Shown here: piece after piece, positions 27,775-36,864 of the stretch
Position numbering within the stretch: position 1 is the first letter of the stretch
Layout of the letters: each line of letters opens with the position of its first letter
Source of the DNA: Spirochaetia bacterium
GTDB taxonomy: Bacteria; Spirochaetota; Spirochaetia; SZUA-6; Bin103
Reading direction: 5' to 3'
Assembly (NCBI GenBank): GCA_965203905.1
Contig: CBDBDQ010000005.1
Location: 160,001 to 224,000, forward strand
DNA: 64,000 nt
Notes under the pieces: model-generated
What the model saw: the letters and a program-made list of their open reading frames with translations, nothing else
The model's database searches: none
Told to the model about the DNA's origin: nothing
Made by a program: the position numbers and the translations under genes

Positions 27775-28469
27775 GGCGACTGGCGCCTCAATTTGAGAAC
27801 CACGTCCAAGGGAATGACAACTCGTTTGAGCTCGCTGGGTTCAAGAGATTCCAACACACGGTCAAGCAAATCCTGAGATCCTGATGTCCGCGATGTTTGT
27901 GATGGTGAAAGACGATAGGCTTCGGAGTCAACTTGGTTCTCTTCCAACCACTGACGTATCTTACTTCGAATCTCAGACGAGTCCACATCACGTCCAAGTA
28001 CGTACTCGCGGCTGACTTCTCTACCGAATGGTGTTTCATCAGCGGACAGATCTCGGAACTCAATTGGTTCATGATCAGTCAGGTAACGCCGCTTAGACTC
28101 TTCCAGGGGCACGCGAAAAGCTGCCCAAAATGCGGGATAGAATCGTGGTATATTTTCTGCCTCAGTCCGTTGAGTCCGCTCCAAGAGCGGCTCCGATCCG
28201 CCCTCTGAATCGACGTCGACCGATAAAGGAAGCGCTCCAACTAATTGTGTCTTAGTTGAGTGTTGGATTACCTGTACCTGATCCGAAAGTCGGGTGGTCA
28301 GGTACTGCTTTAGGGTCATTCCGAGTCTCTTTATCTCTGTGGACAGCTCCGCGCCATCTTGGTTTCCCAGACGGCTTAGCAGCAGCGGGAGCCTTTCATG
28401 CTCCCAGCACTGGCGAACCGAATCTACGATCCGCATGTTGAGATCATCTCTACTACAATTGCCCGACAT
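27771..28469 (-). CDS. Hypothetical protein with possible N-terminal LOTUS/OST-HTH-like domain
   Basis: 232-aa ORF; PLLLSRLG...TLKQYL...VQVI resembles the LOTUS pattern; RFYPAFWAAF core; helical C-terminus LLDRVLESL...IPLDVVLKL. Confidence 0.72.
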   Translation of the reverse strand: MSGNCSRDDLNMRIVDSVRQCWEHERLPLLLSRLGNQDGAELSTEIKRLGMTLKQYLTTRLSDQVQVIQHSTKTQLVGALPLSVDVDSEGGSEPLLERTQRTEAENIPRFYPAFWAAFRVPLEESKRRYLTDHEPIEFRDLSADETPFGREVSREYVLGRDVDSSEIRSKIRQWLEENQVDSEAYRLSPSQTSRTSGSQDLLDRVLESLEPSELKRVVIPLDVVLKLRRQSP

Positions 28470-28476
28470 AGTCCGT

Positions 28477-28485
28477 AGGATACCA
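28477..28485 (-). promoter_or_regulatory. Extended -10 element for a probable leaderless transcript of the two-gene cassette
   Basis: TGG-TATCCT 7 nt upstream of ATG 28469; no Shine-Dalgarno sequence. Confidence 0.5.
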
Positions 28486-28734
28486 CAGTCGGACGAATGC
28501 GGTAGGTCCTTCGGGTGGATCTCTCACACAGGGCGGGCGGGCACCCGATACACCTCAACAGCGAAGAGATACGAGAGAATCCAGGATGGCGGCTACAGGC
28601 GCACGACGGTGGGGCCCGCGGTCCGGTCTGTCGCAGCTCCGCTTTGCGTGGCGTCAAACAATCTCCCGCCCATCACCGTGGCCGTGGTTCCCCACTCGAC
28701 ATTTTCGGCGCTGCACTTCAATCTGCCCCCCGTC

Positions 28735-29763
28735 GTGCAACGCAAGCAGATTCAGGACGCGTTCTTCGTCGTGCTGCTGATGGGGCTCAGCGCGGCCTTC
28801 ATACGGCTGCTGGCACCCTACCTGGTGGCGGTCGCCGTGGCGGTGATCCTGGCGCTGCTGTTGCGCCACCCATTGAACTGGCTGCTGAGGCGGGGTGTGG
28901 CACGCGGCCTGGCGACGGCGCTGGTGGTGGTAGCCCTGATCGTGCTCGGCGCCGTGTTCCTGGGCCTGTTCGGGATCCTGGTCACCTCGGAGCTGGAAGA
29001 GGGAGTGCGCATCGTCCGCTCGGAGTGGCCGAAGCTGCTGGCATGGGCACAGGAGCGGTTGCCGGGGGTGCAGGCGCTGGTGGAGCAGTTCGAGCTGGAG
29101 CAACGCATCTCCGATCTGCTCGGCAACGCCGCAAGCCAGATCCTGAGCCTGTCGCAGACGGCGCTGAGCAGCCTCGCCGGTGGCATCGTACGCGCGGTTG
29201 TGGTGGCCTTCCTGGTGATCTATCTGCTGCTGGAAGGCGAGAAGCTGGTGGAACGGCTCTACCGGCTGCTGCCGCTGGACCGCGCCCGCACCGACGAACT
29301 GATGCAGCACGCCGCCCGCACCCTGGACGCGACCGTGCTCGGCACCCTGTTCATCGGCGTGCTGGAGGGCACCTTCGGGGGGTTGCTGTTTGCGCTGTTC
29401 GGACTCCCCTCCGCCACCCTGTGGGGCCTGATCATGGTGCTGGTGTCGGTGCTGCCGCTGCTGGGCATCAACGCGGTGGTCGTGCCGGCGGGGGTGGTGC
29501 TGATCATCATGGGCGACGTGGGCCGTGGCGTCGGGCTGATCGTGGTGGGCGTGGCCGGAGCAATGGTCAGCCAGAACCTCCTGCGCCCGAAGCTGGTCGG
29601 CGATCGCTCGGGGCTGCATCCGGCGCTGGTGCTGCTGGCGACCCTTGGCGGGCTCGCCTGGCTGGGACTGGTCGGCTTCGTGATCGGCCCCATGCTGGCG
29701 ACGCTGGCCACGATCGCCTGGGAGCAGTTCGCCAGCCGCCACGGGGAGGACGCGGCGTCGTAG
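28735..29763 (+). CDS. AI-2E family transporter
   Basis: GTG 28735; multiple TM segments, QNLLRPKLVG, LHPALVLLATLGG, GFVIGP. Confidence 0.88.
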   Translation: MQRKQIQDAFFVVLLMGLSAAFIRLLAPYLVAVAVAVILALLLRHPLNWLLRRGVARGLATALVVVALIVLGAVFLGLFGILVTSELEEGVRIVRSEWPKLLAWAQERLPGVQALVEQFELEQRISDLLGNAASQILSLSQTALSSLAGGIVRAVVVAFLVIYLLLEGEKLVERLYRLLPLDRARTDELMQHAARTLDATVLGTLFIGVLEGTFGGLLFALFGLPSATLWGLIMVLVSVLPLLGINAVVVPAGVVLIIMGDVGRGVGLIVVGVAGAMVSQNLLRPKLVGDRSGLHPALVLLATLGGLAWLGLVGFVIGPMLATLATIAWEQFASRHGEDAAS

Positions 29764-29773
29764 GCGACCACTC

Positions 29774-30877
29774 TTACGGGTTCAACGCGTGCAGCTCCTC
29801 CGGCACGAACAGCCCATCCTTGCGGATCAGTCGGTCGTCGAAGTAGATCTCGCCGCCGCCGTACTCGGGACGCTGAATCACCACCAGGTCCCAGTGCACC
29901 TCGGAGCGGTTGCCGTTGTCCGCCTCCTCGTAGGCCTGGCCGGGAGTGAAGTGGAACGAGCCGGCGATCTTCTCGTCGAACAGAGTGTCGAGCATCGGCT
30001 GCATGATGCGGGGGTTGAACCCGAGCGAGAACTCGCCGATGTAGCGGGCGCCAGGATCGGTGTCCAGGATCTGCTCCAGCCGGGCGCGATGGTTGGCGTC
30101 GGCGCCGACGATCTTGCCGGCCGCGAACTCGAAGCGGAGGTCATCGAACACGATGCCGCGGTTGAGGCTGGGGGTGTTGACGCTCAGGGTGCCCTCCACC
30201 GAGTCGCGCACCGGGCTGGTGAACATCTCGCCGTCGGGGATGTTGCGATGGCCGGAACAGCCGATCACCGGGATGTCGCGGATCGAGAAGCGCAGGTCGG
30301 TGCCGGGCCCCACGATCCGCACCCGGTCGGACTGCTCCATGAGCTCCCGTAACGGCACCATGGAGCGGGCCATGGCGGGATAGTCAACGGTGCAGACCTC
30401 GAAGTAGAAGTCCTCGAAGGCGTCGGTGCTCATCTGTGCCTGCTGCGCCATGGACGGCGTGGGCCAGCGCAACACCACCCAGCGGGTCCGCTTGATGCGC
30501 ATCTCGGTGTGCACGGCGTTCCACACGTAACGCGAGTAGTGGGCGTAACGCTCGTGCGGCACGTCGCCCAGCTCGGTGCTGTTCAGCGTGCCGCGCAGGC
30601 CGACGTAGCACTGCACCTGCTCCATCTGACGGGCCTCGACGCTGCCCCACACCTGCATCTGCTCGGGGGTGGCGTTGCGGTACAGGGCGCGCAGCACGCG
30701 GTTGCTCTTGGTGACGCAGAGGGGATGGCCGCCGGCGGCGGCTATCGTGTCGATCAGCACCACCAGAAACTGCTCCGGCATGTCGAACGCTTCGATCAGC
30801 ACCTTGTCGCCGTCGCCCACGGCACAGGCGTGATGGACGATGATGTCGGCCAGGCGCTGGTAACGGGGATCGGCCAT
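29774..30877 (-). CDS. Aminopeptidase (M29, AmpS/AmpT family)
   Basis: MADPRYQRLA, WPTPSMAQQA, NIPDGEMFTSP, IGEFSLG, LFDEKIAGSFHFTPG, NRSEVHWDLV. Confidence 0.93.
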   Translation of the reverse strand: MADPRYQRLADIIVHHACAVGDGDKVLIEAFDMPEQFLVVLIDTIAAAGGHPLCVTKSNRVLRALYRNATPEQMQVWGSVEARQMEQVQCYVGLRGTLNSTELGDVPHERYAHYSRYVWNAVHTEMRIKRTRWVVLRWPTPSMAQQAQMSTDAFEDFYFEVCTVDYPAMARSMVPLRELMEQSDRVRIVGPGTDLRFSIRDIPVIGCSGHRNIPDGEMFTSPVRDSVEGTLSVNTPSLNRGIVFDDLRFEFAAGKIVGADANHRARLEQILDTDPGARYIGEFSLGFNPRIMQPMLDTLFDEKIAGSFHFTPGQAYEEADNGNRSEVHWDLVVIQRPEYGGGEIYFDDRLIRKDGLFVPEELHALNP

Positions 30878-30898
30878 ACCCGGATCGTAGCATCAAAC

Positions 30899-31816
30899 TC
30901 AGTTCACGCGCATCGCGGCGCTGCGTACGCGCACCGGAATGGTGCGTGCGCGAGCCGGTGCCGGCGGGCGGTCGCCGGCAAGCGCCAGCAGGCGACCCAC
31001 GCGCTCGCGGACCGGCGGATGGCTGTCGGTCAGCCGTGCCTGCGCGGGGGCGGCACGGTAGCCGAACATCAACTCCCACCAGGTGCGGGCACGCCGCTCC
31101 AGGGACACCAGCGCGGAGGCCAGCCCGCGCGGATCGCCGCTCAGCGCAGCGGCGATCCGGTCGGCGTTGAACTCCCGTGAGCGCGCCAGGGCCATCCGCA
31201 ACAGGCCGCTCAGCGTCGGCGCCGCCAGCATCAGCAGCACCACGGACAGCGGAATGCCGATGACGCCCAGGGCGAGCGCGGGCAACGTGAACAACAGTCC
31301 CAATCCGCCGACCAGGGCCAACCCGCCGGTCAGGCGGCGCATGGAACCGGCGAGACTCGCCAGCCACACGTCGTTGGCCTGGATGTGCGCGATCTCGTGG
31401 GCCAGCACGCCGCGCACCTCGCGCCGGTCGAGGGACGCCAGCAACGCATCGGTCACCAGCAGCGCGGCGGCGTCGCGCGTGCCCATGGTCATGGCGTTGG
31501 GCTGTGGAGCTCGCAGCAGGAACAGTGCGGGAGGCCGGACGCCGGCGCGACCGGCCAGCTCGGCCACCTGCCGGTGCAGCCACGGCGCCCGGTACGCGTC
31601 GAGCGGAACCGCCCCCAGGTGCAGCATGTTGGCAACTGCCGATCCTCGAGGCATGCCGGCAGCCAGCAGCACCACGCCGACGCCGAGTGCCAGCGCCAGG
31701 CCGGCGGTTCCGAGCAGGTACGAGCCGATGACGACCAGCAGTCCCGCCATGGCCAGCAGATACGCGGCGGCGGTGAACACGGCGGCGATCGGGGTGGAGT
31801 GTTTCGTCATGGCCAT
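30899..31816 (-). CDS. htpX: M48 zinc metalloprotease, HtpX-like
   Basis: PNA, GVLAHEIAHI (HExxH), SREFNAD, SHPPVRERV; N-terminal TM segments. Confidence 0.85.
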   Translation of the reverse strand: MAMTKHSTPIAAVFTAAAYLLAMAGLLVVIGSYLLGTAGLALALGVGVVLLAAGMPRGSAVANMLHLGAVPLDAYRAPWLHRQVAELAGRAGVRPPALFLLRAPQPNAMTMGTRDAAALLVTDALLASLDRREVRGVLAHEIAHIQANDVWLASLAGSMRRLTGGLALVGGLGLLFTLPALALGVIGIPLSVVLLMLAAPTLSGLLRMALARSREFNADRIAAALSGDPRGLASALVSLERRARTWWELMFGYRAAPAQARLTDSHPPVRERVGRLLALAGDRPPAPARARTIPVRVRSAAMRVN

Positions 31817-31833
31817 CTCCCTGTCAGCATTGA

Positions 31834-31849
31834 TGCAAGCTCCGTGCCA
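31834..31849 (-). promoter_or_regulatory. Sigma54 (-24/-12) promoter of htpX
   Basis: TGGCAC-GGAGC-TTGCA, an exact TGGCAC-N5-TTGC match 17 nt upstream of the start; AT-rich tract upstream. Confidence 0.8.
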
Positions 31850-32342
31850 TCGCCAGACCACCAGCGGCCGGTTCTCCCGAAAACAGGATAAATACTTTCA
31901 GAAAAGTCACTTGACGCAAGGTCACCGACCCCTGCGCGAGGCCGTAACAGCGCCAAGCACGGGAGCCCGGATGCTCGGTGTCCGTGGAATGGGAAAAAAT
32001 GACCCACCTAATCGCCGGCCCGGCGTCGGAGTGGTACCCGATCCGTCACGGGACGGGCGCTTGATACAGGAATGCCGAGCGAAGTGGAACTCTCGCCAGA
32101 CCACGGAATGCCACGCGCATACGCCGTGAACTGCGACCATCTCAGACCGTCCAGCGCGGCAAGCTCGGCCGTCTGGTCACGAGCGTCCAGGGACCGTGAT
32201 GGCCCAGGTAGCGCGGGCCATTCAGTTGCACTTGCACTGCGGTGACCGTCCGGCAATCCGCGCGTGGCCGGCGGGGGCGGCGGTTCAGCTTGACCGCGAG
32301 AAAGCGGGCGTGCTACACCTCGTGCCGAGGTGGCGTACACAA

Positions 32343-32987
32343 GTGTCAGCCCTAGAATCGAGCGTCCTCGTCCTCAACAGCGGCTACACGGCAGTCCGTA
32401 TCACCAACGCCCGGCGCGCCTTCATTCTGCTGATCCGGGAGGCGGCCGAGGTGGTGACCACGGATGCAGGCCAATTCCAGACCTACGATCTGGCAGCCTG
32501 GATTCTGTGGTCGGAGCTGGTCCGCACCGGTTACAGCGTCGACGCGCAGGCGGAGGAACATGATCCGCCCGACTGGGTCCATACGCCACGCCTGGTAATC
32601 GCGGTACCGCGGGTCATTCGGCTGCTTCGCTACAGCGGACGGCCGCAGCGGGAGGTGCGCCTTACCCGCCGTAACATCCACGCCCGCGACCTCGGTCGCT
32701 GCCACTACTGCGGCCAGCGGTTCCCGAGCCGCGAGCTCACCGTCGACCACGTGATCCCGCGCTCCCTTGGCGGGCGCGACACCTGGGAGAACCTGGTGAC
32801 CGCGTGCGTACCGTGCAACTCGCGCAAGGGCAGCCGCACCCCCCAGGCCGCCAACATGCGCCTGCATCGCACGCCGACCAAGCCGCGCACCAACCCGACC
32901 ATCGTGCAGCGCCTGAAGAGCCCCAAGTACCGCGTATGGCGGCTGTTCGTGGACGAGTCCTCCACCCACCTCGGCGTCGGCGCCTAG
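32343..32987 (+). CDS. HNH endonuclease (McrA-like, VLVLN type)
   Basis: SVLVLNSGY, PRVIRL, LTRRNIHARD, CHYCG, TVDHVIPRSLGG...WENLVTACVPCNSRKG. Confidence 0.92.
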   Translation: MSALESSVLVLNSGYTAVRITNARRAFILLIREAAEVVTTDAGQFQTYDLAAWILWSELVRTGYSVDAQAEEHDPPDWVHTPRLVIAVPRVIRLLRYSGRPQREVRLTRRNIHARDLGRCHYCGQRFPSRELTVDHVIPRSLGGRDTWENLVTACVPCNSRKGSRTPQAANMRLHRTPTKPRTNPTIVQRLKSPKYRVWRLFVDESSTHLGVGA

Positions 32988-33063
32988 CTTAGCCGCCGGG
33001 CCAGCTTGGCCGCGTGCCGAGCGCGGCGGTCGCGCGATGGCTGGTGAGATCAGCCCCGATCAG

Positions 33064-34053
33064 TCACCGGTCGGTGCTGGAGGCACCGCTGTCACGCTGG
33101 CTCAGTTCGTGCCTGATGGTCCGTTCCAGAGCCTCGCGCAAACCTATCGGGGGCCGGAATCCGGTTCCGTGCATGCGGTCAGTCGAGAATGTCGTGGTAC
33201 TGCAGAACTTACGGATGCGGACCGCGCTGATCGGCAACCGTCTCCCGGTGACAGCGGCCAGCACATCGCATGCAACACCGCCCAGGTACCCTATGGGATA
33301 CGGAATTCGGGCTCTGATGGCTGGGGGCCGGCCTAGCGTCGTCAAGACGATCTGGACCAGTTCTCCCATCGAGAGGTCGGGACCATCGGCATAGTTGAAC
33401 AGATGGGTGCCCGCCCCCAGGCTGAGCACGTGCACCAGGAACGCGCTTACATTTCCGACGTAGGCCATCGACTTCCGGTTACGGCCGCTGCCTACCATCA
33501 CGAATCGCCGGGACATGATCTGGCGCAGGAGCTGGTAGACGTTGCCCCGATTGCCCTCCCCGAATATCACCGTGGGACGGACGATCACTAGCGACCGCCG
33601 CTCGGGTGCCTCAGCCTGCCATGCACGATAGATCTGCTCGGCTTCCAGCTTCGAACGCCCGTACGCATTCAACGGCTCGGGGGACGTCCCCTCGGAACTA
33701 TTGGGCTCTGCCAAGCCATAGACTGCCGCCGAGCTTGTGAAGATCAACCGATCGATACCCAGCTCTCGACACGCGCGGCAGACGTTAGCGGCCCCCGCCA
33801 CATTTACTTGATGGTAGAGCGAGACCGGCTTGACATCATCGCGGTGCACTGCCGCCAGGTTATAGACGATCTCAGTCCCATCTAGGGCTGCTGTCAGGCC
33901 CTGGCAGTCACGTACGTCCCCCAGGCGTTGCATCCCATCGCCCCTAGCAGCCACGACGTCCACCGTCCTCACATCGTGCCCGCCGTCCCTCACCAATCCG
34001 GCGAGTCGCCTCCCTATGAACCCCCGGCCCCCAAGGATCCCTATGGTCGCCAT
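33064..34053 (-). CDS. NAD-dependent epimerase/dehydratase (nucleotide-sugar)
   Basis: GGRGFIG, NLAAVHRDD, FTSS, YGRSK, RPTVIFGEGNRGNV. Confidence 0.9.
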   Translation of the reverse strand: MATIGILGGRGFIGRRLAGLVRDGGHDVRTVDVVAARGDGMQRLGDVRDCQGLTAALDGTEIVYNLAAVHRDDVKPVSLYHQVNVAGAANVCRACRELGIDRLIFTSSAAVYGLAEPNSSEGTSPEPLNAYGRSKLEAEQIYRAWQAEAPERRSLVIVRPTVIFGEGNRGNVYQLLRQIMSRRFVMVGSGRNRKSMAYVGNVSAFLVHVLSLGAGTHLFNYADGPDLSMGELVQIVLTTLGRPPAIRARIPYPIGYLGGVACDVLAAVTGRRLPISAVRIRKFCSTTTFSTDRMHGTGFRPPIGLREALERTIRHELSQRDSGASSTDR

Positions 34054-34110
34054 ACGACCCTCCGCCGCTGCTTCATCCTACCCCGGATCCATGGTATATT
34101 TCCCAGCCGA

Positions 34111-34878
34111 ATGCCGACGCCGCTCCTCACGGTGATCATGCCCACCTACAACGCGCAGCGCTTCATTGCCGAATCCATAGAATCGGTCATCGCACAGACT
34201 ATCGATGATTGGGAGTTGCTGGTCGTCGACGACGCCTCCACTGATGCCACCAAACAGATCATTGCAGAGTACCAGGAGCAGGACGGGCGAATTCGACTAC
34301 TGCGCCGACCTAGTAACCAAGGACCAGCGTACGCTCGCAACTTCGCACTCGATCAGGCCCGCGGCCAGTGGATTGCATTCATCGACAGCGATGATATCTG
34401 GCACCCACAAAAAACCGAGAAGCAACTTTCGGCGATGCATCGCCATGGAGCCGACATCTCATACACTGGATATAGACGACGCCGCGATGGGGACCGGGAA
34501 GGGGTCGTGGTCCAGGTTCCCAAACATGTCGAATACCGTACCATGTTGCGGCGTAATCTCATCGCATGTTCCACCGCAATCGTGAGGAGAAGGACCTGCG
34601 GCAGCCTCAGGATGCCGCTCATAAGACGACGCCAGGATCACGGCTATTGGCTCGCATTACTGAGAGACGGAACACGAACCGCTGTCGGTGTCACAGAACC
34701 GCTGGTCTGGTACCGGCTGCATGCCGATTCCCTTTCGGCAAACAAATTGACCGCCGCTAGGTACTCCTGGAAGTTGCTACGGGAAGTCGAAAGGTTCAGT
34801 ACCGGAAAATCCCTTTGGCTATTCAGCGGTTATGCTCTCGAAGCCTTGAAGCTGCGCACACTCTCGAAGCGACCATGA
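34111..34878 (+). CDS. Glycosyltransferase family 2 (TuaG-like)
   Basis: VIMPTYN, VDDASTD, ARNFALDQARG, AFIDSDD, RRQDHGYWL, SLSANK. Confidence 0.9.
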   Translation: MPTPLLTVIMPTYNAQRFIAESIESVIAQTIDDWELLVVDDASTDATKQIIAEYQEQDGRIRLLRRPSNQGPAYARNFALDQARGQWIAFIDSDDIWHPQKTEKQLSAMHRHGADISYTGYRRRRDGDREGVVVQVPKHVEYRTMLRRNLIACSTAIVRRRTCGSLRMPLIRRRQDHGYWLALLRDGTRTAVGVTEPLVWYRLHADSLSANKLTAARYSWKLLREVERFSTGKSLWLFSGYALEALKLRTLSKRP

Positions 34879-34906
34879 TCCGCACTAGACGTTTTCCCGG
34901 GCCGTC

Positions 34907-36007
34907 TCATGGTCCCACTATTCTTGTTAAATCAGCCGCCATTCGGTCATACCAATAGTGGCTTCGGAAGAACTCCCCGCGAGCTCTAGCGCCCCCACAG
35001 AGCCTGTTGTAGAGCTCCGGATTGTGCATTAGACGTACTATCGCGTCTCTCAAAGACGCAGACGATCGAGGCTCGACCAGGAGCCCGCTTTTCTCATCCT
35101 CGACCACCTCAGGGATCCCAGCCCAGCGCGTCGCGATGACCGGTCGACCACACTGCATTGCTTCCAATATGACACCCGGGTAGCCTTCTGACTCCCAATA
35201 GGTCGGCAGCAGCAACACGTCGTGCTGCCGGATTATCTCCGGTACCTCGCTGGGACTCACCGCACCACAGTAGGTGGCTATCGGGTGGTCCACCAGCAAA
35301 CTCATGTCAACGCCGGGAAGCACCGGCCCATAGAAGCTGAGCACACAGGAACCAGGAAGTTTGCGACAGGCCTCAAGGGTCTCCCGGAAGCCCTTCTCCG
35401 GACGGATCTGGGACATGAACAGCAACCGGAAAATCGTGGTCCGGATCCTGACGGGGCCCGCCGCTACATTCCTGGTGTTCGCATGCCATCGGAAGTTAGG
35501 ACGGGTACGAAAGTAAAACAGTTGACGTCTAGTCTGTACATAGATGACATCCGAACGCATGTACGTATGATCCGCCCACCAACGAAGAATAGAGCGACAC
35601 CGTTGGTAGCGTATAGCTAGGTCACCACCAAACACGCGTAACGCCAAAGGACGTCCGGCAAGTGTGCAGAGCAGCCACATGAACGCGCCCAGAGTCCAGG
35701 TGGTGCCGGCCGAGACGTTCAAAAATACAACTTGAACATGCTTTACCTGCGAAGCAGTTTGGCGGAAGATGCGAAACATCGTCATGATGTTGTTGCGTAA
35801 GGCCAGCCACCGTGTAAGATTGATTCGTGGACGACTTGTGTCGACCAGAGATATCTCGAAATCTCGGTCCCGCAAGCTTCGCACCATCTCCGAGAAGTTG
35901 ACGGCAGCACCGCCCACCGGGTTCGATCGAGTGGGCTCGGTAGGAGGCAGCGGCCCAACCAGAAGCACCCTTATGTCTTTGCTCAATCGCATTGCTATCC
36001 AGCGCAC
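34907..36007 (-). CDS. Glycosyltransferase family 4
   Basis: EKG, LPTYWESEGYPGVILEAMQCGRPVIAT (ExxxxxxxE), GIPEVV; start may be ATG 35992. Confidence 0.88.
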   Translation of the reverse strand: MRWIAMRLSKDIRVLLVGPLPPTEPTRSNPVGGAAVNFSEMVRSLRDRDFEISLVDTSRPRINLTRWLALRNNIMTMFRIFRQTASQVKHVQVVFLNVSAGTTWTLGAFMWLLCTLAGRPLALRVFGGDLAIRYQRCRSILRWWADHTYMRSDVIYVQTRRQLFYFRTRPNFRWHANTRNVAAGPVRIRTTIFRLLFMSQIRPEKGFRETLEACRKLPGSCVLSFYGPVLPGVDMSLLVDHPIATYCGAVSPSEVPEIIRQHDVLLLPTYWESEGYPGVILEAMQCGRPVIATRWAGIPEVVEDEKSGLLVEPRSSASLRDAIVRLMHNPELYNRLCGGARARGEFFRSHYWYDRMAADLTRIVGP

Positions 36008-36826
36008 CTACCAAACGCGAGTCAAACGCTTAATCCAGTAGTTCCAAGTTGCCGGGTAGCAGAGCGATATTGCGGCACATCCAAGGTACGACATCCCACC
36101 GTGTCTTCGCTCCCGCAACGAGTACAACCGACGCTGAGGCGCACTCAATTTGCCTTCATGACGATCAAGAATGGCACGAACTCGGGTCACGACTTCCACC
36201 GTTGTACCGATGCGGTCACCGCCGTGACCGAGGTCCATGGTGTACAAGCACTGGGCAACCCGCAAGGCTGTACCCCACCGCCCTATCATCCGAATCCATA
36301 GATCGAAATCCTGTCCTGCCGCCAAGGTTTCATCGAAAGCACCGACCTCGCGAACCTTGTCGGTCTCAGTAAGAATCTGGTTGCCGACGCAGTTGCCCCA
36401 TAGAATATCGGGCAGATGAACGAGTATCTGGCCACGGAAACGTGGTGATGTGGATCCGTTTCTCAACTGCATCATATTGGATGCGACAAAGGAATACGTT
36501 GGTTGATAGGCGCTCAAGAGGGTCACGACGCGGTCTCGGTGAAAGTAATCATCGTCGTCCAGACCGGTATAGAAGGTGCCCCGGGCCAGGTCGATCCCGG
36601 TGTTGCGGCTGCCACAGGCTCCCTTGGTGCGACGGTTCGAATACCAACGCACACGTTCGTCTTGGATGGTTTCGCAGACCTCAAGACCCTCACCGCGGCT
36701 GCTGTCGTCGATCACGATGACTTCAATGTGTTGGTACGACTGGGAGAGCGCCGATGCTATCGCTCGACGCAGTAGGAGAGGACGTGCGCAGGTCGGAATT
36801 ACTATCGAAATCAGAGGATCAGACAT
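36008..36826 (-). CDS. Glycosyltransferase family 2
   Basis: ISIVIPT, IDD, GACGSRNTGI, TGLDDDD, FDETL...QDFDLWIR. Confidence 0.9.
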   Translation of the reverse strand: MSDPLISIVIPTCARPLLLRRAIASALSQSYQHIEVIVIDDSSRGEGLEVCETIQDERVRWYSNRRTKGACGSRNTGIDLARGTFYTGLDDDDYFHRDRVVTLLSAYQPTYSFVASNMMQLRNGSTSPRFRGQILVHLPDILWGNCVGNQILTETDKVREVGAFDETLAAGQDFDLWIRMIGRWGTALRVAQCLYTMDLGHGGDRIGTTVEVVTRVRAILDRHEGKLSAPQRRLYSLRERRHGGMSYLGCAAISLCYPATWNYWIKRLTRVW

Positions 36827-36864
36827 CTCACTCTGTCGGTGGTTCTGATCGGGATACCGGTCTA

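Noticed and set aside
31930-32987. HNH gene with long upstream region as an IscB/HEARO-type RNA-guided system
   Set aside because: Protein is a common VLVLN-type HNH with no RuvC or PLMP/RRXRR region; upstream hairpins are short and expected at this GC content
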